Positions 7,981 to 16,703 of a stretch of DNA of 64,000 bases are shown one piece after another (positions within the stretch are counted from its first letter, which is position 1; every line of letters starts with the position of its first letter). Position numbers and translations under genes: made by a program. Origin of the DNA: a virus (taxonomy: Duplodnaviria > Caudoviricetes); IMG/VR virus record IMGVR_UViG_3300030117_007612, positions 1 through 64,000 of that record. One strand, written 5' to 3'. The notes beneath the pieces were generated by a model that was not told the origin of the DNA, searched no databases, and saw only the letters and a program-made list of their open reading frames with translations.

Positions 7981-8211
7981 GTGGTAACCAATAGCAATGT
8001 ATGTCGTGGCGATATTGTTTTCCAAGCATGGAGCGGAAGACTTGGAATTATTTTGGAATCAAGCGCTAAAATAGACGGAGACGACACCCCGCAGCAGCAA
8101 TTTGACTGGCATGCCAAAGTTGTGTGGTTTTCCAATAAGATAAATAATGGACACCCACTTGGTCAAGAATATGCACTATTGAATTCGCTTAATTTGATTT
8201 CTAGGGCATAA
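7981..8211 (+). CDS. small SH3/KOW-like protein
   Basis: VCRGDIVFQ...LGIILE...AKVVW. Confidence 0.5.
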   Translation: MVTNSNVCRGDIVFQAWSGRLGIILESSAKIDGDDTPQQQFDWHAKVVWFSNKINNGHPLGQEYALLNSLNLISRA

Positions 8212-8252
8212 AACATGTTGAGCGACCTATAATACTATAGGTGCGTTTTTAA

Positions 8253-8429
8253 ATGTCAAAATTGCGAAAATTTTTAAAATACACATTTGCTGTTGCCTTT
8301 ATGACCAATGTGTGTGTCTTTTGTATCGGTTTAGCATTAGGTCAGCTTGAGATTCTTGTCATGCCGGCATTGTGCATGCCCCTGTGTTTGTGGGGTGTGG
8401 AATTACACAGCGAAAAAGAACAACTATAA
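8253..8429 (+). CDS. small two-TM membrane protein, holin-like (58 aa); not in ORF track
   Basis: MSKLRKFLK, then two hydrophobic stretches and charged tail SEKEQL*; AGGTG SD 9 nt upstream. Confidence 0.55.
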   Translation: MSKLRKFLKYTFAVAFMTNVCVFCIGLALGQLEILVMPALCMPLCLWGVELHSEKEQL

Positions 8430-8451
8430 GATATGACAACTATTTACATCT

Positions 8452-8655
8452 ATGGAACAATTTTCGGTAACAGATGTTGAATTGTCTATTTTAGAAAAAC
8501 TATATGATTCATGGGCCGTGTCTCATAAATCAGACAACAAGCACGACTCCTTAAAAGCTAGGGAGATATCGTATATTATATGTTCTATGTTGCCAAGATT
8601 AATAAATGAAATTAGATCTCATAAAAAACAAAATGTTAACAAAAATAATCAATAA
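8452..8655 (+). CDS. hypothetical protein
   Basis: 67 aa after CTATTTA motif. Confidence 0.55.
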   Translation: MEQFSVTDVELSILEKLYDSWAVSHKSDNKHDSLKAREISYIICSMLPRLINEIRSHKKQNVNKNNQ

Positions 8656-9220
8656 ACTTTATATACTTCTTTTTATAGTGTCTTGTACAACACTGGCTGC
8701 TGCTGCGGAATATAAAATCAATAAAGTGTTACAATCAGCCGTAAAGATTGATGTGCATAAAAAGGGTCCCGCTAAAAATGGCCACTGGACAGTTGCGCCA
8801 AATATTTATGTATGCGTACATGCCCCTGTTTCTCAACATCGCCTTGAACGAGCGTTAGATTTCTGGAAAAAGCTTGGGTATTCATTTGGTGACGTTTATT
8901 ATAATGATGAATCGTTTGGGTGTGTTAATGAAAGATTGGGTTATGGTGGAATTACAATTGATTTGATAGGTCAAAAATTCAAAGAACCCAATATTGGAAT
9001 GACGTGGAATTGGAAAGACAACAAAACCAACGAAATCGTTAAATCAAGAATTGAAATGAAAAATAGCTGGGGTAGATCTCCTCGGGTGCTTGAACATGAA
9101 ATTGGTCACGCACTGGGGTGGCTTGATTTTAAAAAACGCAACCATATAATGAATCATAGCTGGATTGATGGCGGCATTGACACCCATGGACTGAGGCATA
9201 CCGATGAATGCGCTGAATGA
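8633..9220 (+). CDS. secreted metzincin-like (matrixin/snapalysin-type) metallopeptidase
   Basis: Signal peptide ending TLAAAA; HEIGHALGWLD and Met-turn HIMN. Confidence 0.7.
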   Translation: MLTKIINKLYILLFIVSCTTLAAAAEYKINKVLQSAVKIDVHKKGPAKNGHWTVAPNIYVCVHAPVSQHRLERALDFWKKLGYSFGDVYYNDESFGCVNERLGYGGITIDLIGQKFKEPNIGMTWNWKDNKTNEIVKSRIEMKNSWGRSPRVLEHEIGHALGWLDFKKRNHIMNHSWIDGGIDTHGLRHTDECAE

Positions 9221-10424
9221 AAACATATCACCCAACGAGGCCAAATGTTTAAGCTTGCTAAGTTTTGAATTTTTAAATTATATGAGATTAATGACTACTG
9301 AAAAGGGAAAATATTTTCATAGCGTTGAAAATGAGTTATTAGCATTAGTGCGAGATGAGGCGCCCAATGTCGACGCAGAGTATTCCAAATTTGAAAAATT
9401 ATCTCAAAAAAAAGAATTTTTAAAAGAATTGCTGTTGGAATATCTTGTGGGAGCTTTTGTTGATAATTATAAGAAGAGAAATAGAACAATTGACGACTTT
9501 ATAGCGGATCATGAAAAATCAGCAAAAAAATACTCTGAGGGCACTCCCGACGTGGCTAAGAAAATTAAAAAATGTTTAGAAAATCCAAAACAATTTGAAC
9601 CATCATTTCATTACGATGTTGAATCAGCTAGCACAAGTGTACGATCGCCCCCTCCCCCTGTTGACACGACAGCAGCACTTCAGGAAAAAAGAAAATTAAC
9701 AAAAAAACCAAGTTCAGAGACATCGCTTAGAGACTGGTTTGGAAGAAAGGGCGCCCCGGGCAAAAAAGGTGGCTGGGTAGACTGTAATACATGTCGCAAG
9801 GGAAAATGTAAACCTTGCGGCAGATCGAAGGGAGAAAAAAGATCTAAATATCCCAAATGTCGACCAACGCCGGCTGCATGCAAGGGATTTAAAAAACCAA
9901 AAAAAGCAAAAAAAGAGGAATTATCAATGGACCTTGATCAGATAATAATGCAGGAGCTTTCTTCTGTTATTGACGAGAAGAAGAAAAAGAAAAAGAAAGG
10001 CAAAAAGGATGCTTGCTATCATAAAGTAAAGGCGCGCTATAAAGTGTGGCCGAGTGCATATGCCTCCGGTGCTTTAAGCAAATGCCGCAAAGTTGGTGCT
10101 AAAAATTGGGGTAACTCTAAAAAAGAGTCTCTGCAGATCATGATCGAAGATGAGTTATCTCAGGTCTTAAGCGAAAAGAAAAAGAAGCCATGCAAGCCAT
10201 CCAAGGGTAAGCGTTTTGCCAAGCGCGTTAATGGCAAATGTCGCTCATTTGGGCAGGCAGGAAAGGCAAAAAGTGGTGGTGATCGAATTCGGCCGGGCAC
10301 AAAGAAGGGTGACGCGTACTGTGCGCGTTCAGCAAAGATTAAAAAATGTAAAAATCCGCCATGTGCTAATGATTTATCGCGCAAAAAATGGAAATGCCGC
10401 GGATCTAAATCGATGAAGGAGTAA
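9204..10424 (+). CDS. modular Lys/Cys-rich phage protein
   Basis: Three Cys-rich basic modules separated by acidic ELSxV(I/L)xE-polyK linkers. Confidence 0.6.
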   Translation: MNALNENISPNEAKCLSLLSFEFLNYMRLMTTEKGKYFHSVENELLALVRDEAPNVDAEYSKFEKLSQKKEFLKELLLEYLVGAFVDNYKKRNRTIDDFIADHEKSAKKYSEGTPDVAKKIKKCLENPKQFEPSFHYDVESASTSVRSPPPPVDTTAALQEKRKLTKKPSSETSLRDWFGRKGAPGKKGGWVDCNTCRKGKCKPCGRSKGEKRSKYPKCRPTPAACKGFKKPKKAKKEELSMDLDQIIMQELSSVIDEKKKKKKKGKKDACYHKVKARYKVWPSAYASGALSKCRKVGAKNWGNSKKESLQIMIEDELSQVLSEKKKKPCKPSKGKRFAKRVNGKCRSFGQAGKAKSGGDRIRPGTKKGDAYCARSAKIKKCKNPPCANDLSRKKWKCRGSKSMKE

Positions 10425-10426
10425 AA

Positions 10427-12811
10427 ATGCGCTCAGATGAACAAATTCTATATGAAACGAGGGATTTTCTTCAAAAAATTGAAGAAAATTTGACAAAAAA
10501 TCATAAAAAGCCTGAAAAAGTGCTCCGAGAAGTCACCGAAGACGAAATGCGAGTGCTTGAAGACGTGTTGGATGACTTAAATCCAGCAAATTTGCCTCTA
10601 AATGACCTTTTTAGCGGCAAAATGCGTGTTGTTATACCATTTCCGACCATAGATACTGGTTCAGAGCTTGGAAAGTTCTCAGAATTCTTCAGATCTCAAG
10701 AATATGACGTAGACTGGGAGAAAGGTATGGTGTATGCCGAGCGTGATCTGCGCACATCCGACGAATTTCTTGATACTTTGATGGGCGGACCTCAACCAAA
10801 GAAGAAAATTAAGAAGATTCAGATGAAAATCGGCAAACTTTTCTCTAAATTAGCTGATTTAAGCAGAAGAAAAGACGCATTGTACCAAAAAGTCTATGAT
10901 TACTTATCTGATAAATATATCGGGCCAGATGGCAAAAAAGTTAACACACCACGAAGAGTTACCGGAAAAATGCTGAAAGCAGCACTCGATGAGAAAGAAT
11001 ATGAGAATTTTCAGAGAATTAACACTCAAATTTACTTATATGTCGTAAATCCGGGTGTTGCAGGCCCAGCAGGCTATGATTTAACCGATTTAGCGACTGA
11101 ATACGGTGAATATTGGAAAAAGAACGCTGGATTCATCAAAAAAGAGATTAATAGAATTGATAATGACAAATATTCTATTATTATTACTCGACATCCGATA
11201 GATGTGCTCAGAATGAGTGATTTTGAGACTATTTTCTCTTGTCACTCTCCAGCTAGTCGCCAAAGTGCTTATCAATCGTTCTATAAGTGCGCTGTAGCCG
11301 AAGCTCAGGGACACGGAGCGGTAGCATACGTGGTAAAGACAGAAGACCTTCTGAGCACCACCAACACGGGGAATATTGATAGTGCAGAGCAAGAAATTCA
11401 AGAGGGCGAGATATTTTATGACGATAAGCGCCCATTTGCTGGGGATATTGACCCAATTTCTCGCACACGTATACGTCATGTTAGATATTACCGAGGAATA
11501 AGCCCTCCGAAGCGTTGGGATGACGGACAAGACGTTGGAATGCCTGAAATACGTGTTTACGGCATGGATATTCCCGGTTTAGCTAATAAAGTTGGAGATT
11601 GGGCCAGATCAAATCAAGAAGAAGTCATTGCCAACATGCCAAAAGAGGACGGTAAGCTTGATTTAAGTAGATTTATACAATTTGGTGGTTCTTACGAAGA
11701 TCATGGTGGAGGACCGAGTGTTCGAGCAATGCTTATGTCCAAATTTTTAAAAATTCCAACTTCAGATATGGTCGGCGCAATGAAACAAAATACAGAAACT
11801 GAAGATAACTTGGATGCTAATTTGGTTGGTGATATTATCGCACAATACGAAGGAGAGTGTGAACAAATAATGAATGAGTTCAACAACAAGATGGCTCAAA
11901 CATACTCTGATTATGAAGTTCAAGATGATGGCGGTGAGGGTGCTTATATTGCTCCTTTCGCAGCATTTATTGCAAAGTGGCCGGTTGATGAATGGAAAAG
12001 GCTTCCCGGCAACCAAGAAGAAGTTGTGTGGAACTCTGTTGACGAAATAATTGCCATATATGGTGATATATTTGTTGATTCTAACAACTATACTCCCATT
12101 ATTCGTCGAATTCGTGAAGAAATACACTTAACTATGAAGATTAACTTTGAACACCCTGACATTCATGGCAGTAGCTATCTTGTTATGCCAGAAGAATACC
12201 GAGAGGCACTTGAAAACATTAATGCCATAATTGATGATAGAAGAGATCAGTTTGAAGCTGTCCTCACAGAGTACTTCAAGCGTGAAGGTCAGATGGAAGG
12301 TGGTAAATATATGAATCTTGCCATGGCAATCGAAGATGGAGATTTCACTTCATATGAATGGGATCTCGAAACTGATGGGGATTACTCCGAATCATATGAA
12401 TCCACGGCGCGCTACTCATTCTATTATGATCCAGAGGAATTTGGTCTAGACATTCGTGTATTGGCTCAGATTCTTGATTCTCGCGACTTTAAGATTGAAT
12501 TGAGGAAACAGCTGCTTGAAGAGCCCAGAAAAGAGCAAAACACCGAATATTACCTGCAAATGAACGCTACAACGGTAGAGGTTGGTGGTGAGATTAAATA
12601 TACTTCTATATTCTCGATTAATGCTGACGAGCCTGATATTATGGCTGGATTGTTCCAAGAGCTTGTAGAGGGCGAGATGGACGATGAAGACAACCTTAAC
12701 GTGGTATTCAATAGAGTATTAGCTCAATTTGTAAAATCACGTCAGCCTGCATTTATGCAAACAAACGAAAACCTCGTAAAAACGTGGAAAGGATTTTTAG
12801 AAAAAAAATGA
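10427..12811 (+). CDS. large hypothetical protein, probably virion-associated
   Basis: 794 aa; TRHPIDVLRMSD...SCHS block; C-terminal ENLVKTWKGFLE. Confidence 0.65.
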   Translation: MRSDEQILYETRDFLQKIEENLTKNHKKPEKVLREVTEDEMRVLEDVLDDLNPANLPLNDLFSGKMRVVIPFPTIDTGSELGKFSEFFRSQEYDVDWEKGMVYAERDLRTSDEFLDTLMGGPQPKKKIKKIQMKIGKLFSKLADLSRRKDALYQKVYDYLSDKYIGPDGKKVNTPRRVTGKMLKAALDEKEYENFQRINTQIYLYVVNPGVAGPAGYDLTDLATEYGEYWKKNAGFIKKEINRIDNDKYSIIITRHPIDVLRMSDFETIFSCHSPASRQSAYQSFYKCAVAEAQGHGAVAYVVKTEDLLSTTNTGNIDSAEQEIQEGEIFYDDKRPFAGDIDPISRTRIRHVRYYRGISPPKRWDDGQDVGMPEIRVYGMDIPGLANKVGDWARSNQEEVIANMPKEDGKLDLSRFIQFGGSYEDHGGGPSVRAMLMSKFLKIPTSDMVGAMKQNTETEDNLDANLVGDIIAQYEGECEQIMNEFNNKMAQTYSDYEVQDDGGEGAYIAPFAAFIAKWPVDEWKRLPGNQEEVVWNSVDEIIAIYGDIFVDSNNYTPIIRRIREEIHLTMKINFEHPDIHGSSYLVMPEEYREALENINAIIDDRRDQFEAVLTEYFKREGQMEGGKYMNLAMAIEDGDFTSYEWDLETDGDYSESYESTARYSFYYDPEEFGLDIRVLAQILDSRDFKIELRKQLLEEPRKEQNTEYYLQMNATTVEVGGEIKYTSIFSINADEPDIMAGLFQELVEGEMDDEDNLNVVFNRVLAQFVKSRQPAFMQTNENLVKTWKGFLEKK

Positions 12812-13056
12812 GTAAATTTTTGAGCGATCCCGAGTATCTTTTTAGTATTATAACAATGCTAGTAAAGAAAAATGGTGGTAAAATAGTCATAACTGAAGAA
12901 GAAATAAAAGATGTATCAAAGGGCGATCTAATTGGCATGTATTACGAGCCAAAAACTGGAAGTATTGTACTTAAAGAAGTCGAACCTCAAGACATGTTAC
13001 AGGCGACAACAATTGTACGAGACAAAAAGAAAGATGATGAGGCATACGAAAATTAA
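12808..13056 (+). CDS. hypothetical protein
   Basis: Start moved to ATG 12808 (ATGA-type overlap). Confidence 0.55.
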   Translation: MSKFLSDPEYLFSIITMLVKKNGGKIVITEEEIKDVSKGDLIGMYYEPKTGSIVLKEVEPQDMLQATTIVRDKKKDDEAYEN

Positions 13057-13488
13057 ATGGAACATATTTCTACACACATCTGCAAAGGTCAGAACATTGG
13101 TGTGCACGGGAATCTTTTCGGGGGAATAATGCTGTCGTGGCTTGATGAAGCCGGCGGCGCATTTGCCGGCCAATGTTGTGATACCCCTCGCATGGTAACC
13201 CTTAAGCTGTCGGAAACAGTTTTTAAAAAGCCTGTTAGGCCCGGGCATCTTATAAAAATATATGGCAAAGTTGTGAAGATGGGGAATACCACGGTTACGA
13301 TTAAGCTCGAAGCTAGGAGACACAGCGTATACAACGGCACTCAAAAATCTGTATGTGAGACTGAAATTACATATGTGCGTGTTGATGGGGACGGAGATGC
13401 TATACCACTAAGCAACAAAGTAAAAGAAAAGTTCAAAAACGATGGTAAAAAAGAAGACGACCTTTATGAGGTGTATGGTGGCGATTGA
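13057..13488 (+). CDS. acyl-CoA thioesterase, HotDog fold (YciA-like)
   Basis: NxHGNLFGGIMLSWLDEAG, VTLK...FKKPV..G, VGxT-like strand. Confidence 0.85.
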   Translation: MEHISTHICKGQNIGVHGNLFGGIMLSWLDEAGGAFAGQCCDTPRMVTLKLSETVFKKPVRPGHLIKIYGKVVKMGNTTVTIKLEARRHSVYNGTQKSVCETEITYVRVDGDGDAIPLSNKVKEKFKNDGKKEDDLYEVYGGD

Positions 13489-13612
13489 TCTATTTATAAT
13501 ATGGTTTGCTTGTGCTAGTGTGATTGCATTTACAACCAGCAATAAGCAAAATAAAGCTAAAAAAGCTTGTGAAGTTGAAAATTGTGAAGAAACAGAGGAG
13601 AATGCGGAATGA
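13475..13612 (+). CDS. small membrane peptide (45 aa); not in ORF track
   Basis: MVAIDLFIIWFACASVIAF plus charged tail; ATGA overlap with next gene. Confidence 0.45.
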   Translation: MVAIDLFIIWFACASVIAFTTSNKQNKAKKACEVENCEETEENAE

Positions 13613-13854
13613 AATATTTATTATTATTTTTACTTTCTGGGGTCGTGCATGCCAATGAACCAAAAGAAGAACCCCGTGTGGTTTACAAACAAAAAACTGA
13701 GATTGACTTTGAGGGCGTTGAGGTTTCTGGCGAATTAGTCAGGCCGCAAGGTTCGCTTGTTTTAGAGCGAAAGCGCGCACAATTTAATTCAATGATTAAG
13801 TTGCGTACTGATTTCGATGATTTGATGGAAGATTCTGTCGAGGAAATAAAATGA
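13609..13854 (+). CDS. cglF: CglF/GltF-like adventurous gliding motility protein
   Basis: Signal peptide (VHA/NE), then YKQKTEIDFEG...GELVRPQG...RK...SMIKLRTDF.D...SVEEI, matching the myxobacterial CglF pattern as recalled. Confidence 0.7.
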   Translation: MKYLLLFLLSGVVHANEPKEEPRVVYKQKTEIDFEGVEVSGELVRPQGSLVLERKRAQFNSMIKLRTDFDDLMEDSVEEIK

Positions 13855-14003
13855 GCACACCAAGAGATTTAATAAAAAGCACATGGGCAAGGTATAAAGA
13901 ATATATGTTACTAAATGGTCGCTTAGAAGACTATGTGTTATTTACAATTGCAAAACTTCTATCTTTTAGTGCAGGAATAGGAATAGGATATTATTATTTA
14001 TGA
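13851..14003 (+). CDS. small membrane protein (50 aa); not in ORF track
   Basis: ATGA overlaps both neighbours; C-terminal hydrophobic helix. Confidence 0.5.
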   Translation: MSTPRDLIKSTWARYKEYMLLNGRLEDYVLFTIAKLLSFSAGIGIGYYYL

Positions 14004-14506
14004 AACTTATAATGGAAAATTGGAACAATTATTTGCAAGAAGAAGAAAGTTTGAATGAAGGAATTGGACAAAAATTTGCCATGGCTGCGGCATTGATTGC
14101 ATCGATGGTCGGTGGTTCACCCGACGCTAATGCCGCAATACAAGTTAGCCAAGATACAATTGAAGATGCCGGCAAAGTGCCGATCGCCAACGCGGCTGGT
14201 CTTCTAACAGACACTACAGCTAGAGTTATCTACGGTGGATTATTGGCCTTAGACCCGGTAGAATTTCCGGGAGCTAAACAGGCAGCAGATATATTTGCGA
14301 AAGCTCACAAATCTAAAGATATTCAACAATTTGAAAATATGCCGCCATTGGCACAAAAAGCTTTACAAATAATAGTAACTCAAATGCATACCGCTGCAGC
14401 GTCGGGTGATCCTGAAAAAGTTAAACAAACAATAGACACATATAGAGGCTTTGAGGCATCGGCGCCGAAAGGAATGAAATTAAAGAAAAAGTTTAGAGAC
14501 AAATGA
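14000..14506 (+). CDS. MKLxxENW-leader protein with internal Sec-like signal
   Basis: MKLIMENWNNYLQE...SLNE, then KFAMAAALIASMVGGSPDANA. Confidence 0.7.
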   Translation: MKLIMENWNNYLQEEESLNEGIGQKFAMAAALIASMVGGSPDANAAIQVSQDTIEDAGKVPIANAAGLLTDTTARVIYGGLLALDPVEFPGAKQAADIFAKAHKSKDIQQFENMPPLAQKALQIIVTQMHTAAASGDPEKVKQTIDTYRGFEASAPKGMKLKKKFRDK

Positions 14507-15522
14507 AATTATTATTTGAAAATTGGCGAAAATTTATAGATGAAGAGATTGAGATCCCTGCGCACCTTAAAAGAACTGTATATCGATTAGATGATGATCT
14601 TGACAAGGCTGAATATCAAGAAATAAAGGATGCTGTAAGTTATTTTATTGATTTAGCAAATGAATCCGCGCCATTAAAAAAGTACGAAGAGCTTACCGGT
14701 GCTCAACAAAAAATTGTGCAAGCTATGGGACTATGGACCGGAGGATATTACAGTGTATTAAGAAATCTGGATAGCCCTGAAGAAAGGATGTTTATGACTC
14801 AATCTCCCACGATTAGCAAAAGAAAAATGCAAAGAATGCAAGACGAAACACAACAGGTGCCTGTTCAATTTGGTAATTTCTCGGTTCAACAATCAGCGAA
14901 ATTTAAAATTACGCCGAGGTCACTAGATCAATCTTTTAAATTATTATACATTATTGCTCAATTAGAAATTCCAGAATCATTTCGAAAGCCATTATATAGA
15001 GGGCTAAGCCTTAATAAAAAACAATTTCGTAATTTCATTAACAGCAAAAAACCAATATTTCACGGTAACCTTCAATCGTGGACAACCGAGGGCAAAAGAG
15101 CCATTGATTATTCGAACCCTAAAGTAGCCGCCGAACACAATCGTGTTGCTGTGGTGCTTGAAATTGAAAGTCCAATCACCGGTACGCCAATAATGGGAGT
15201 TTCACATTTTAAAAGAGAAGCTGAAATTTTAAAAGCCGGTTCATTAAGTGTTTTAAGCTATAGTGAAGAAAAAAATAAAGATGGGCTTCCCTATTATCGT
15301 GTTAAAGTAAAGGAGGTTAATATACCTCCTGAAAAAACTATCTTAGATAAAATAAAAACAACAGCGAAGAATCTCTTTACCTCTAAAAGAAAATTTGGTG
15401 GGGGCGCAGGCGCTGAAGAGTATATTGCACCAAAATACGGAATGCAGATAAGTAACATTCTTAGTCCTAAATATTTAAAAGAGCTAAATACTGGAGATTG
15501 TACAAATGAAACTTATAATTGA
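14503..15522 (+). CDS. MKLxxENW-leader ADP-ribosyltransferase (R-S-E class)
   Basis: LYRG, LQSWT, REAEIL motifs in the C-terminal half. Confidence 0.75.
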   Translation: MKLLFENWRKFIDEEIEIPAHLKRTVYRLDDDLDKAEYQEIKDAVSYFIDLANESAPLKKYEELTGAQQKIVQAMGLWTGGYYSVLRNLDSPEERMFMTQSPTISKRKMQRMQDETQQVPVQFGNFSVQQSAKFKITPRSLDQSFKLLYIIAQLEIPESFRKPLYRGLSLNKKQFRNFINSKKPIFHGNLQSWTTEGKRAIDYSNPKVAAEHNRVAVVLEIESPITGTPIMGVSHFKREAEILKAGSLSVLSYSEEKNKDGLPYYRVKVKEVNIPPEKTILDKIKTTAKNLFTSKRKFGGGAGAEEYIAPKYGMQISNILSPKYLKELNTGDCTNETYN

Positions 15523-16639
15523 AAACTGGCGAACGTTCGCAAATAACCGATCGGGCGACGATCAAATTATTAACGAAGCCATGGAATTATGTAGAACGTA
15601 TAAAAAAGGTCTACTGATCCCTAAAAACAAAAATCAAAGAATGTTTTTAGAACAATTGCAGGAAATGTTAACTCTTCTTGAGCAAGGCGAAATTACGCGT
15701 CGTCAATTTGCTAAAGGTATGGCCGGCGGTGCTGCTATTGGTTTAGGAGGTTCCGCCATGGCAGGACTTGCCCGGGCAGGCGGAAAGGAAAAAACAAAAG
15801 CAGCCCCGGCCGCTAGCGGCGATATAGGGAGCACCGGAGCGAAAGTCGCCAAAGGCGCAGTTGGACTAGCCATTCAAGGAATCGTTGGAGCATTTGATCT
15901 TATTACAATGGGCGTTGAAAATTTTGTAACTCAATGTTACATTGATTTTTTGAGACGAAGAAAGGCCCCGCTTACTAAGTCAGACTTAGATCAAGATTTA
16001 ATCGACTGTCTTAAAATTATTGCGGAAGACTTTAAAAGATCTAGGAAATCCCGAAGAGACCAGTGGGGATCTGACAGGGATTACGCGAGGGTTGCTAAAT
16101 CTAAAATGTATATTGAAAGATTTGGTGAGGAAAGCCCGGGCACCTATAACATGCAAAAAAATATGGAAGGAGCTTGGTCGATTGCGGATAGCTTGACGTC
16201 TACCGATCCTTTAAATAACATTTTTAATACCCTCACTCACGTTAATATTACTCTAAAAGGAGAAACGGTCCAGTTTAGAGATATATACGATTTTAATCCA
16301 GCTGTTAACATACTGGGTGCCGACCAAGCAAAAAAAACCCGGGGCGCCCGTGAAAATAAAGCTTTTTTTCAAAATCCTGATAATTTCGTCGAATTTGCAA
16401 AAAGCGCTGTTAAGGGGAATTTGAGAGTTTATCGTGGTAGAAGACAAGGATGGATTGAGGTGGGTTTTTTCTCGCGCGCCGCAATTGAGAATTTGTCAAG
16501 ATTTTATATTGGCTTGTTTAATTATCCCGGATATAAAGTAAATATTGAAATACCAACTCTACAAGCTGAGCCATTCAGGGGTCGCGGCATGGTAGCGAAA
16601 GCGATGGACTGGTGGCAGGATGAAGGCGGAAAAATTTAA
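15506..16639 (+). CDS. MKLxxENW-leader protein with internal twin-arginine motif
   Basis: MKLIIENWRTF; TRRQFAK at aa 64-70, G/A-rich h-region, LARA. Confidence 0.7.
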   Translation: MKLIIENWRTFANNRSGDDQIINEAMELCRTYKKGLLIPKNKNQRMFLEQLQEMLTLLEQGEITRRQFAKGMAGGAAIGLGGSAMAGLARAGGKEKTKAAPAASGDIGSTGAKVAKGAVGLAIQGIVGAFDLITMGVENFVTQCYIDFLRRRKAPLTKSDLDQDLIDCLKIIAEDFKRSRKSRRDQWGSDRDYARVAKSKMYIERFGEESPGTYNMQKNMEGAWSIADSLTSTDPLNNIFNTLTHVNITLKGETVQFRDIYDFNPAVNILGADQAKKTRGARENKAFFQNPDNFVEFAKSAVKGNLRVYRGRRQGWIEVGFFSRAAIENLSRFYIGLFNYPGYKVNIEIPTLQAEPFRGRGMVAKAMDWWQDEGGKI

Positions 16640-16646
16640 ATATTTG

Positions 16647-16675
16647 TTGCACTTTATCTAATACAGTGTTATAAT
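16647..16675 (+). promoter_or_regulatory. sigma70-type promoter
   Basis: TTGCAC-N17-TATAAT. Confidence 0.7.
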
Positions 16676-16703
16676 GATTGTATAGCTATACAGGGAGGCT
16701 ATT

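Noticed and set aside
9960-10010. Programmed frameshift at A-rich poly-Lys runs
   Set aside because: Mixed AAA/AAG codons keep the frame, and the ORF continues without a useful alternative frame
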